A stretch of DNA of 14,617 nt, taken from Nostoc sp. Lineage in GTDB: Bacteria > Cyanobacteriota > Cyanobacteriia > Cyanobacteriales > Nostocaceae. Within the stretch, counting starts at the first letter, position 1, and each line of letters begins with the position of its first letter. The notes beneath the pieces were generated by a model. That model was not told the DNA's origin. It worked only from the letters and a program-made list of their open reading frames with translations, and searched no databases. Both the position numbers and the translations under genes were made by a program. The DNA lies in the NCBI GenBank assembly GCA_036918135.1, contig JBALDB010000004.1:1-14617 (forward strand). Direction: 5' to 3'. Shown here piece after piece: positions 1 through 8,357 of this stretch.

Positions 1-15
1 TCTCCATTAATTATA

Positions 16-95
16 GCGATCGCCTACTGCTTACCCAGTTGTACAAATTCAGGCATAGCAAGCTTTTTGCCTTTTTTTCACCGTCGAACTCACGT
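16..95. mobile_element. Arm of a MITE-like repeat ending CCGTCGAACTCACGT; inverted copy at 14528-14607
   Basis: Ungapped manual alignment to the reverse complement of 14528-14607 gives 60/80 identities, with the last 15 nt identical. Starts at a HIP1 octamer. The ACGTGAGTTCGAC terminus resembles cyanobacterial IS4-type ends (from recall, not searched). Confidence 0.7.
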
Positions 96-124
96 CAATT
101 TAGGAGCGCGAGCCATCAAAATGG

Positions 125-156
125 AATCAGCGGCGGGTTTGAATCCGCCGCTGATT
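125..156. terminator. GC-rich hairpin, probable terminator of the minus-strand glk cluster or a REP-like element
   Basis: AATCAGCGGCGG (125-136) is a perfect inverted repeat of CCGCCGCTGATT (145-156). It lies ~175 nt downstream of the stop at 331, and on the minus strand is followed by CCATTTT. Confidence 0.55.
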
Positions 157-261
157 GTTTGCCCTATTGCCATTCAAGTAGACTACCAAAGTTATGATTT
201 GGTGAGGGTTTGAAATCCGTTTATTCATTTGCTAATCGGATAAAATACAGAATAAATTCTG

Positions 262-308
262 AGCGGCAGTTGTTCATAGGCGAAACCCCTAAGACTACAC
301 CGCCTCCT
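262..308 (-). repeat. Small dispersed repeat (Nostoc SDR-like)
   Basis: The reverse complement AGGAGGCGGTGTAGTC...AACTGCCG shares both ends and the downstream AGAATTTA flank with 6309-6372. Confidence 0.65.
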
Positions 309-330
309 CCTAACTCCTAAATCATTCAAT

Positions 331-933
331 TCATTTTTTGAAAACTATCTGGAAGGAATTTAAATACCCTGTAATAGTTTTAGCTAACGTCTTTTGCTGT
401 TTTTTCGTCGTTATTGCCATTACTTGATATAGTCTTCCTTCAGCAATATACATTCTACTTTTAGTGATTTTTCCTCCAGAATTGATGTACTCAATTTCTT
501 TTCCGGGATGATTATTTGAACTGCGAATGTCTCGTTGACTAATTAAATTACTTTTCGTCGTTTTGAGAGCCATATCCCGTGCATTATTAAGTACAGCTTG
601 GGGATCTGTCATTTCTCCATAACTGTAAGGAAAATCATTATAAGTCACTATATACGCTACTTGCTGTTTTGGTGGTTGAGCGACAAATATTTCTAAGTTA
701 ATTTCCCCCATGTAAGTTTTTTGAAATTGTGTATTTCTGTTTGGTTTTCCTGGCATCAAAACAGTAAAACGCCCATCTGGAGCAGTGAATAATTTCCATT
801 GTGGCTGTGCGGGTTGAGAAACAGTTGGTTTAGCAACAGCCGTTGGAGCTTTAGGTTGACGCGCCTCGACTAAAACAGAACTACCACAGATAAAGGTAGC
901 AGCGATGAATGACAATAGACTTTTAATTGTCAT
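331..933 (-). CDS. Conserved hypothetical secreted/periplasmic protein
   Basis: ORF 331..996. The likely start is the ATG at 933 (MTIKSLLSFIAATFIC...VEA signal peptide), which avoids overlap with glk. Pro/Ala linker followed by a W-x-x-F-x-x-P-D-G-R-F-x-V-x-M-P-G-x-P domain. Confidence 0.8.
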   Translation of the reverse strand: MTIKSLLSFIAATFICGSSVLVEARQPKAPTAVAKPTVSQPAQPQWKLFTAPDGRFTVLMPGKPNRNTQFQKTYMGEINLEIFVAQPPKQQVAYIVTYNDFPYSYGEMTDPQAVLNNARDMALKTTKSNLISQRDIRSSNNHPGKEIEYINSGGKITKSRMYIAEGRLYQVMAITTKKQQKTLAKTITGYLNSFQIVFKK

Positions 934-977
934 ATTTTTTGCCTTTGAGATGCTAATCTCACTGATGATGCTAGCTG

Positions 978-2003
978 TTATAACCCAGCAGCACATAAAG
1001 CAGCACCAATTAGTCCCACTTGCTGGTTAAGAATAATATACACGGGTATATCTTCGAGGAGGGGGCGCATCCTACCCTTTTGGGTGAAATTGAGTAAGAA
1101 ACCGCTCTCTTTGATTAACGGTAGAATCTTGGGTGCAATTCCACCAGCAATGTATAAGCCACCATAAGGTAGGAGTTTAAGCGCGAGATTTCCGGCTTCT
1201 GTACCGTAAGCCTCTATAAATAATTGCAAAGTTTGTTCCGAAAGGCGATCGCGTTTTTCTACTGCTGCTGTACCAATAACAGCACCAGGATCGACACTTC
1301 TCTCTTCTTGTCCGGCTTCTTGTTCCCAAGTTCTGACAATTTTGGCAATGTCTGGTGATTCGGTAGCAAATTTGCGATCGCGCAAAAATTGGTAAATTGA
1401 GACAATTCCCATTCCCGAAACTACGCGTTCTACAGAAACGCGTTGGATATCATGTTTATTGAGTAGGTATTTCAACAATTGAAACTCAATCTCGTTTCGG
1501 GGAGCAAAATCAACGTGTCCCCCTTCTGAAGGAAAGATTTGATAGTTGTTTCCCTGCTTAATTAAAAATCCTTGCCCCAAGCCAGTACCGGCACCAATAA
1601 TCGCAACAGGAGCTTCCGGTTGCAATTTGCCAGCTTGTAACTGGTGCAAGTCTTGTTTTTCTAAACCTAAAATGCCATAACCAATGGCGGTGAAGTCGTT
1701 AATCAAAGAAATTTGCGGGATACCCAATTCTTCTTGTAGACGTTCGGTATCCAGGAACCAAGCTAAATTAGTCAACTTAGCAGTATTATTGACAATGGGG
1801 CCGGCGATCGCAAAACAAGCTTTATGTGGTACAGATGTGTTAGCTTTAACCAAAAACTGCTGCACTATCGGTACTAAATCAGGAAAATCGCTACTTTGAT
1901 AACTTTCCTGATGAATAGTATGTAAGCTTTGTGAGTCTGAGGCTTCAACTAATCGCAAAATAGTTTTCGTACCGCCGATATCTCCTGCAAGTAATAAAGT
2001 CAT
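978..2003 (-). CDS. glk: Glucokinase
   Basis: Motifs LAGDIGGTKT, FAIAGP, LINDF, IGAGTGLG, SEGGH, ERVVSG.G and GGLYIAGGI are diagnostic of the bacterial Glk family. Confidence 0.97.
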   Translation of the reverse strand: MTLLLAGDIGGTKTILRLVEASDSQSLHTIHQESYQSSDFPDLVPIVQQFLVKANTSVPHKACFAIAGPIVNNTAKLTNLAWFLDTERLQEELGIPQISLINDFTAIGYGILGLEKQDLHQLQAGKLQPEAPVAIIGAGTGLGQGFLIKQGNNYQIFPSEGGHVDFAPRNEIEFQLLKYLLNKHDIQRVSVERVVSGMGIVSIYQFLRDRKFATESPDIAKIVRTWEQEAGQEERSVDPGAVIGTAAVEKRDRLSEQTLQLFIEAYGTEAGNLALKLLPYGGLYIAGGIAPKILPLIKESGFLLNFTQKGRMRPLLEDIPVYIILNQQVGLIGAALCAAGL

Positions 2004-2082
2004 AGAACTTATTCACAAATTATTTTTTGGAGGATACACCCAACGTAGCGAAAGCCACGATCGCAAATCCCAATTTTAGGAT

Positions 2083-2730
2083 TTAAGCAAATCGAATCAC
2101 TTCTTCTATGTGGGTTAAATGGGAAGTGTCTCCCTTTAGTTCTAATAACCATTCTGGTTCGTCACGTACCACTTTTACTAGCGAACATAAAGAAGCTTTA
2201 ACTTCTGTTTTGGCAATTTCTCCCACTAACCCCATTGCTGCCCCTAACACGGATGCACCATGTGCTACTAGCAGGATATTGTCTGGAAAGAATTCAGTAG
2301 CTAAACATCTAGCAGTTTGTCCAGAACGTTCTCGCACTTTTTGCTGAGTTTCAGGATAATTGGCGGCGATGCGCGGAGTGTAGGCAATGTCAATTCTATT
2401 GAATAATTCTGTTAAAGCTGGAGTTGAGAGTCTTTCGGGTTCTTCTGTCATCCAAACTGGATTTAGCCACTCACTCAAGCCTGTTTCGAGTTTGATTGGT
2501 AAGTTGAGTACTTCTGCAACTGCATTTGCTGTTTGTACGGTTCGCAAGAAGGGAGAAGCAAAAATATGAGCAATCTTCTCTCCTTTTAAACGCTTTGCTA
2601 ACTGTTGGGCTTGGATTGTACCATCATCAGACAAAGGTGGATCGTAACGTCGTTCGGCGGTGAGAAACCAATCGGGGTTTACGAAGTCGAGGCGGTTAGC
2701 GTGTCTTGCAATCCAGACTATTTGACTCAT
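2083..2730 (-). CDS. Histidine phosphatase (phosphoglycerate mutase-like) family protein
   Basis: Catalytic RH motif (IARHANR), SPFLRTVQTA, LSE and LLVAHG motifs. Confidence 0.92.
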   Translation of the reverse strand: MSQIVWIARHANRLDFVNPDWFLTAERRYDPPLSDDGTIQAQQLAKRLKGEKIAHIFASPFLRTVQTANAVAEVLNLPIKLETGLSEWLNPVWMTEEPERLSTPALTELFNRIDIAYTPRIAANYPETQQKVRERSGQTARCLATEFFPDNILLVAHGASVLGAAMGLVGEIAKTEVKASLCSLVKVVRDEPEWLLELKGDTSHLTHIEEVIRFA

Positions 2731-2744
2731 AGGCTTAAATATTC

Positions 2745-2798
2745 TGGCGAATAGAATTCGCCGCTAAACAAATATAGATATCTGCAAGCAGAGCTGCA
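2745..2798. repeat. Short palindromic dispersed repeat upstream of the histidine phosphatase
   Basis: GGCGAAT-AGA-ATTCGCC hairpin followed by a degenerate tail. Resembles Nostoc intergenic REP-like repeats (recall only). Confidence 0.4.
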
Positions 2799-2977
2799 AA
2801 TATTAATATATGACAAAATACGTAATAATTTGTAATAATATTAATTATTTGGAAAACTTATCAGTACTAAAATTCAGCACTAAAGCCGGAGATGATCTGC
2901 TCAGGCGTTAGAATGTCAGTGATATATGTTGATTTTTAACACTAAAGGACTAACAAATAAAAAATTGCCACTGTTGA

Positions 2978-3077
2978 TATAGCAGGAGGCAAGAGGCAGA
3001 GGGCAGGAGGCAAAACTATTGCTAACTCTCTTCTTTCACCCTATCCTTATGTCCTAAAGAGTGTGACTACGGCTATA
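2978..3077. mobile_element. TATAGC...GCTATA-bounded MITE-like element with GCAGGAG-type heptamer repeats
   Basis: Termini TATAGC (2978-2983) and GCTATA (3072-3077). Internal repeats GCAGGAG GCAAGAG GCAGAGG GCAGGAG. Confidence 0.55.
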
Positions 3078-3299
3078 CTCAACAGTCATCAGTCATTCCA
3101 ATAAACACAACTGTGACAATGCTTGCGATGTGGATATCAGAGTTTTGCTCATGCTCTCAAAAGTAAAATTTTAAGCAAAAACGGTACTGATATCAAGCAA
3201 ACAAGTAGCCCAAAGATTAAAATAATTTGTGTATGGTAGGTAATGTAGTGAAAATTTAAGATTAAATCGTTACGAATGCTCTCACTTGGAGTCATATCT

Positions 3300-3764
3300 A
3301 TGGGTGAAGCCAAACGACGTAAACAACAAGACCCGATATGGGGTTTGAACTTTGAGACTTGGGGCAAACTATTCCAACCCAATGTCAAAACTTACGTGAC
3401 ACAATATGGTTTAGAAGTCTGCGATTTTCAAGACCTATATCAAGATATGATGTGGTATCACCATCGCATCAACTTAGCTATTGAAAGACGTGCTGAGGGA
3501 TTATCAATATTTGCGGTCAAAAATTATGTCTGCCACGCCCTTGATACTCGTTTGAAATGCTTTTTACCAGTGGAAAAATGCGATCGCTTCGCGGATTCTG
3601 GATACCGACAATGGATGACTGCTGCTTGGGTTGACTTGGGTAGAGAAAGAGACGGGATTTACATTTTTGGTCGTCATACTCCTGAGTTTGTGGGCTGGGT
3701 CTACCATCACGAACCAACGCTTAATGGTCTGTATAGTTTTGCAACTCCACACCCAGAACTTTAA
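3300..3764 (+). CDS. Hypothetical protein with N-terminal MGEAKRRK motif
   Basis: Part of ORF 3276..3764. GGAG at 3288-3291 is a plausible RBS before the ATG at 3300. Contains a HIP1 site at 3580. No catalytic family recognised. Confidence 0.75.
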   Translation: MGEAKRRKQQDPIWGLNFETWGKLFQPNVKTYVTQYGLEVCDFQDLYQDMMWYHHRINLAIERRAEGLSIFAVKNYVCHALDTRLKCFLPVEKCDRFADSGYRQWMTAAWVDLGRERDGIYIFGRHTPEFVGWVYHHEPTLNGLYSFATPHPEL

Positions 3765-3845
3765 CACTATTATTAAAGGCGATCGCTTCTTATACTAATT
3801 CCTAATACCCTTCTTTTGACCGAGATACGATCGGGAACTATAGCG

Positions 3846-3932
3846 AACCAGCGCGAGGACAGAGGGTTTCCACGCCACTTGCTTCAAGCTGGGGAACCCG
3901 TCCAATGCAGTCGCTCATGGGGAGCGACTGGC
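3846..3932. repeat. Nested SDR-like repeats with terminal hairpin
   Basis: GC-rich island in an AT-rich spacer. ACGCCACTTGC...GCAGTCGCTC (3872-3916) sits inside CCAGCGCG...GCGACTGG. Perfect 9-bp stem CAGTCGCTC/GAGCGACTG at 3908-3930. Confidence 0.6.
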
Positions 3933-4000
3933 AATCTCAAAGTATAATTTTTGGATTCTTAGAGTTATTGAGAATACTGCAAGATTTTAATTGTAAAGAG

Positions 4001-4132
4001 TAAGTAAGTCGGCGCAATAAAACCAAACTATATGAAAAAAATTAACTAGGCTAAAACCCTCTTCCCTTCTGCCCCCTGCAAGAACTGCCTTCTGCCTCAT
4101 CTCAACGAGAAATTTTCCCACCCACCTACTTA
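4001..4132. mobile_element. MITE-like element with TAAGTAGGT-type terminal inverted repeats
   Basis: TAAGTAAGTCGGCG versus the reverse complement of CACCCACCTACTTA: 11/14 identical. TA ends and internal CTTCTGC-type heptamers. Confidence 0.6.
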
Positions 4133-4330
4133 TTATCCCAATTGATGCTTAGTTTTTAGGCATTGGTCACATTCGATAACATCACGAATTGACAATTGCT
4201 CTAAGTTTATTGTAGCTGGGCAAAAATTCAAGTTTTTCACCTTCTAGTTAGCAAACTGTGCGCTGCGATGCTTCGATACGCTTCTGAGGGCGCCCTGCCG
4301 CACTGTACTATTTTCCAGGAGACTACAGCA

Positions 4331-4951
4331 ATGATGAAAGCTGAAGATATCATGACCAAAAACGTAGTTACCATTCGTGGTTCGGCAACTGTTGCTGAAG
4401 CGGTGGGGCTGATGAAACAAAAAAGATTACGTGCGCTGGTTGTGGATCGTCGCTATGATAATGATGCCTATGGGATTGTCACGGAAACAGATATTGTCTA
4501 TAAAATAACAGCCTACGGTAAAGACCCAAAGCAAGTACGGGTTTATGAAATTATGAGTAAGCCTTGCATTGTGGTAAACCCTGATTTGGGTGTGGAATAT
4601 GTAGCACGGTTATTTGCTAACGCTGGTATTCATCGAGCGCCTGTGATCCAAGGTAAATTGTTGGGTATCATCTCAATTACCGACATTTTGACCAAAAGCG
4701 ACTTTGTGGAAGCGCCAAAAGTGCTACTGCTAGAAGAGAGAATTCAAAAAGCAATTGAACAGGCTCGTGCTATTTGCACCGAACAAGGTGCTTATTCTAA
4801 AGCCTGTGCGGCTGCTTGGGATGAGGTAGAAGAACTCCAGGCGGAAGCAGCTCATCAGAAAGCTGAGGGTATGGTGTCAGCTAAAGTGACTTTTGAGAAA
4901 TATTGCCTGGAAAATCCAGATGCACCAGAATGTCGAAATTATCATCCGTAA
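4331..4951 (+). CDS. CBS-CP12 fusion protein (CBS pair plus C-terminal CP12 domain with both Cys pairs)
   Basis: AGGAG RBS at 4317-4321 before ATG 4331. Two CBS repeats (DIMT...GIVTETDI; EIMS...GIISITDI). CP12 signature C-x9-CAAAWDEVEEL and YCLENPDAPEC. Confidence 0.93.
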   Translation: MMKAEDIMTKNVVTIRGSATVAEAVGLMKQKRLRALVVDRRYDNDAYGIVTETDIVYKITAYGKDPKQVRVYEIMSKPCIVVNPDLGVEYVARLFANAGIHRAPVIQGKLLGIISITDILTKSDFVEAPKVLLLEERIQKAIEQARAICTEQGAYSKACAAAWDEVEELQAEAAHQKAEGMVSAKVTFEKYCLENPDAPECRNYHP

Positions 4952-5069
4952 TTGAGGTATGGAAGACAACAGGACGCAAAGAGTGGGAGATGCTCTGAGG
5001 CGGAGAATTATCAAATATACTCTGTGTGTTTTATTTCCCGGCGTCAGAGCGTCACCGTGTCCCTGATAT

Positions 5070-6245
5070 TTACCGCTTAGCGACTCGCATCAATAAAAAT
5101 ATACCTATTCCTAAAAAAATAAAGTTGGGTAACCAAGCTCCCATAAAGGGAGAGAGAACACCTGCTTGTGCGATCGCTCCACTGACAAAGAAAATTAAAT
5201 AATAGGAAAAAATCACTATGACGCTAATCCCAAAACTAGTACCTCTGCCGGTGCGCTGGGGTATGCTTCCCATCGCAGCGCCGACTAAGCCAAAAACTAC
5301 GCACACAAAGGGCAAGGAGATTTTTTGTTGAATTCTGACTTCAAGTTTGCGGATTTTTTGGAGATCGCCACCCAGGCGTTCTACTTCTAGTTGAGCTAGC
5401 CCTTCGGCAATATTCATTTCATCGTAGTCCCGGCTTTTTTCTGCCAAAATTAATGGCGTGCGGGGTAGTTGCAGTTGTTGATGTTCAAATCTAACGATGT
5501 TGCGATAAGAGCGATCGGCAGCGACAAAATAAATTGTACCGTTATAAAAATCCCAAACATTTTGAGAACCATTCCACTGGGCGGATTCTGATACCACAAT
5601 TTGATTCAGACCTTTGGTTGAGCGGTCTATAATTGTTAAACCTGTCATCCGCTTACCATCAAATTGATCCGCGTAAAACAAGCGTGTCAGTATCCTATTC
5701 CTACTGCCATCCGGCTGTGTAACATCTTGGTATTCAGGATAGAAAATATTTTGCTGTTTAAAAGTTGGCTTGTCTGATTTGAGGGCTTTATCCAGAGTCA
5801 TCGCCGCTTGGTAATTTGCGGCTGGTGCAATTTGTTCGTTAAATACAAATGTCATTGCTGTGACCACAAGACTTAACATCGCAGCAGTTAATACCATGCG
5901 ATAAACACTCACCCCACAACCACGCAAGGCTATTAGTTCGCTCTCACTGGAAAGACGACTGTAGGTCATCAAAGTAGCCAGCAGTGTAGACATGGGGAAG
6001 GCTAAAACGATAAAGTTGGGAAACTTTAATAAAAAAACCTGAATAGCAATGTCTATAGGTAGCCCAGATTCGACAATTTTTCTAACTAGATCGAATACAG
6101 CATCAATAGTTACACTAATTGAAGAAAAAGCTCCGACACCAAAGAAAAACGGTGGCAACAATTCGCTGGCAAGATAACGATCCATAATCGTAAAAGGCAG
6201 CAGCGAATGCAAGCTGTAGAAAGACGTAAATTTCTTTGACATCAT
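5070..6245 (-). CDS. lptF: LPS export permease, LptF/LptG (YjgP/YjgQ) family
   Basis: DRY..EL..PF N-terminus, LSSESELIALRGCGVS motif, periplasmic domain, three C-terminal TM helices and GAWLPN. Downstream of lptB. Start uncertain (6251, 6245 or 6242). Confidence 0.92.
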   Translation of the reverse strand: MMSKKFTSFYSLHSLLPFTIMDRYLASELLPPFFFGVGAFSSISVTIDAVFDLVRKIVESGLPIDIAIQVFLLKFPNFIVLAFPMSTLLATLMTYSRLSSESELIALRGCGVSVYRMVLTAAMLSLVVTAMTFVFNEQIAPAANYQAAMTLDKALKSDKPTFKQQNIFYPEYQDVTQPDGSRNRILTRLFYADQFDGKRMTGLTIIDRSTKGLNQIVVSESAQWNGSQNVWDFYNGTIYFVAADRSYRNIVRFEHQQLQLPRTPLILAEKSRDYDEMNIAEGLAQLEVERLGGDLQKIRKLEVRIQQKISLPFVCVVFGLVGAAMGSIPQRTGRGTSFGISVIVIFSYYLIFFVSGAIAQAGVLSPFMGAWLPNFIFLGIGIFLLMRVAKR

Positions 6246-6292
6246 AACCAATTTTAAAAGTTAAATATTGGCAACCCTGGTAAAGTCAAGCA

Positions 6293-6681
6293 TATAGCAG
6301 AATTCAGAAGGAGGCAGTGCAGTGTTTTCCTCAACTGGAGGAACTGGCGTGTCTCCCCAGAGTAACTGCCGTTTAGAATTTAAGAGTCAGGAGTAAAATA
6401 GTTTTCATATCTGATTTTCAAGTCTAAATTCTATACCTCTCTTAGCTATGTCTACTGTATTTAATATTAAAATTTAGTTCGGAATAACTTAAATATTAAC
6501 TAATAAATTCATGCTCAAAAATAAATAATGAAGTTATTATTTAAAATTTTTAATTAAATACAGCAGTTTGTGATTAAATAAAGTACAGCATCTTAGCCTG
6601 AAAGCTAAATAGAAAATTTTCTTACTCCTGACTCTTGAATTCACCAATTCACCAATTCACCAATTCCTGAATTCTGTTGTA
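6293..6681. mobile_element. Two inverted copies of a TA-ended MITE-like element forming a ~390-bp imperfect palindrome
   Basis: 6293-6307 versus the reverse complement of 6667-6681: 13/15. 6376-6465 aligns with the reverse complement of 6553-6642 (AAGAGTCAGGAGTAA exact). The left copy carries an SDR-like insert (6309-6372) and the right an (AATTCACC)x3 expansion (6638-6661). Confidence 0.7.
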
Positions 6682-6690
6682 ATTTTTAAT

Positions 6691-7419
6691 TTAGACTTGA
6701 AAGCTATCGCCTAAGTAATATTGCCGCACGAGGGGGTTTTGGTAGAGTTCGTCAGCAGTACCAAACGCGAGAATTTGTCCCTCACGCATGATGTAGGCGC
6801 GGTCAGTAATTGCCAATGTTTCGCGGACATTATGATCTGTAATTAAAATACCCATACCGCGATCGCGCAATTGTCCGACAATATGCTGAATTTCTGAGAC
6901 TGCTATGGGATCGACTCCTGCAAATGGTTCATCCAAAAGTAAAAATTTTGGCCCTTCTCGTCCAGCAGCCAGAGACCTAGCTAATTCCGTCCGGCGTCGC
7001 TCACCACCAGAAAGTTGAATTCCTTTACTATTAGCTAATTTTTCCAAGCGAAACTCCCGCAGTAAAGTTGTTAGTCGCCTTGACCACTCCCATCGTGGCA
7101 CATTAGTTTGCTCTAACACTAATAGAATATTATCTTGTACCGAGAGTTGGCGAAAAACACTTGCTTCTTGTGCTAGATAGCCAATACCCAATCGTGCCCT
7201 TTTGTGCATTGGCATTCCTGTAATATCTAGATTACCTAGCCAGACTTTTCCTTGATTGGGTTTTTCTAAACCCGTAGCAATATAAAAAGTCGTAGTTTTA
7301 CCAGCCCCATTGGGGCCTAGTAAACCAACGACTTCGCCCTGAGCAACAGAAAGGTTGACACGATTGACAATTACTCGCTTGTTATAAGATTTGTGAATAT
7401 TCTCTAAAACAATTTTCAC
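6691..7419 (-). CDS. lptB: LPS export ABC transporter ATP-binding protein
   Basis: Walker A GPNGAGKTT, GYLAQE, LSGGERRR signature, LLLDEPFAGVDP and ITDHNVRETL. GTG start. Confidence 0.97.
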   Translation of the reverse strand: MKIVLENIHKSYNKRVIVNRVNLSVAQGEVVGLLGPNGAGKTTTFYIATGLEKPNQGKVWLGNLDITGMPMHKRARLGIGYLAQEASVFRQLSVQDNILLVLEQTNVPRWEWSRRLTTLLREFRLEKLANSKGIQLSGGERRRTELARSLAAGREGPKFLLLDEPFAGVDPIAVSEIQHIVGQLRDRGMGILITDHNVRETLAITDRAYIMREGQILAFGTADELYQNPLVRQYYLGDSFQV

Positions 7420-7452
7420 GCTACAGGCAGCCTTTCTTAGTAGTAGATGATG

Positions 7453-7947
7453 CTAGTTAGAACGCTTGAATTGGGGTGTCTTTGGAGCGGGTGTGGCAGT
7501 TTGTGGATTATTATCTGATTCTTGCACCATGTAGATGGACTCTACCTGAGTATTAGGTTGGGGTAAGGCGACAAATCGCCCTTCATCAATCAAATAGGTT
7601 ACCCTCTCCGCTCGAATACTGTTGCCTCCCTGTTGCAAAATATAGACATTGCCACTAAAGTCGATCCGGCGTTCTTTACTAAAGTACTGCGCTTGGGCAG
7701 CTGTTGCTTGAAGCTGGCGAGCAGGATACGACATTTGCACATTGCCGCGAGCTGTGATTACTTGAGTTTTGGCGTCATATTCTTGTACATCAGCACGGAT
7801 AGTCAGAGGGCGATTTTGTTTTGATATTTGTGCAGTAGCGGTTTGCAGTTGGTTCGGAAAAGCAAAAGTTCCTAACAGGGCAGCTGGGAGCATTAAGGCT
7901 AATCCAACACGACGCATCTGGGATATGGGCAATTTATAGCAGGGCAT
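7453..7947 (-). CDS. lptA: LptA/OstA family periplasmic LPS transport protein
   Basis: Signal peptide, beta-jellyroll motifs TIRAD, ARGNV, SGNV and IRAERVTY. Directly upstream of lptB. Confidence 0.9.
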   Translation of the reverse strand: MPCYKLPISQMRRVGLALMLPAALLGTFAFPNQLQTATAQISKQNRPLTIRADVQEYDAKTQVITARGNVQMSYPARQLQATAAQAQYFSKERRIDFSGNVYILQQGGNSIRAERVTYLIDEGRFVALPQPNTQVESIYMVQESDNNPQTATPAPKTPQFKRSN

Positions 7948-8341
7948 GATTGCAATTTGGGGTTGAGAATTTGGGCTTGTGTTTTAATTATCTCAAGTAC
8001 TCTATCCAGAAACGAAACGTACAATCTGGAGTGATTTACGATAACTACTCGCTGAAATAGTGACGCTACCCCCAACCTCAAGGTTTCAGGAAACTTTATA
8101 TCAAATCCCAATACTTCGCCATTTTTTTGTAGGTTGGGAAGCAATACAGTTCGGTTAAAGGGGAAACAGAAAAGGGTAAATTCAAACCTTTACCCCTTAC
8201 CCTTTAGCATTTGGTCGTGGAGCTGGTATAGCGATCGCAGTCATTGTCTAAGCGATGACTGAAAATTAGCTATATCTCTTACTGAGTGAAAACTTTGGCT
8301 CGACCGTGCGGATTGATTTTCATTGTCTCAACTGTAGACCC

Positions 8342-8357
8342 TGTATCATAGCGTACA
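8342..8357. promoter_or_regulatory. Putative NtcA binding site upstream of cse
   Basis: TGTA-TCATAGCG-TACA is an exact GTA-N8-TAC with T/A flanks, ~110 nt upstream of the cse ATG. It overlaps a -10-like TATCAT (8344-8349). Confidence 0.65.

Noticed and set aside
125..156. tRNA T-arm-like GGTTTGAATCC as a tRNA or att remnant
   Set aside because: No cloverleaf, D-arm or CCA context; it is the loop of a simple hairpin.
1684..2569. Plus-strand ORFs 1684-1899, 2108-2347 and 2387-2569
   Set aside because: Antisense shadows of glk and the histidine phosphatase, with no motifs.
3149..3767. Minus-strand ORFs 3149-3388, 3517-3717 and 3564-3767
   Set aside because: They overlap the longer plus-strand ORF, which has a clear RBS; no supporting features.
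4268..4330. Upstream ATG extension of CBS-CP12
   Set aside because: The strong AGGAG precedes ATG 4331 and the CBS domain begins there.
7633..8144. ORFs 7633-7824 (+) and 7899-8144 (-)
   Set aside because: The first is antisense to lptA. The second overlaps the lptA start, has a TTG start and no recognisable composition.
8142..8205. CAATACAGTTCGGTTAA plus AAAGGGTAA/TTACCCTTT as a complete MITE
   Set aside because: Resembles a Nostoc MITE left end, but no matching right TIR was found; at most a remnant.
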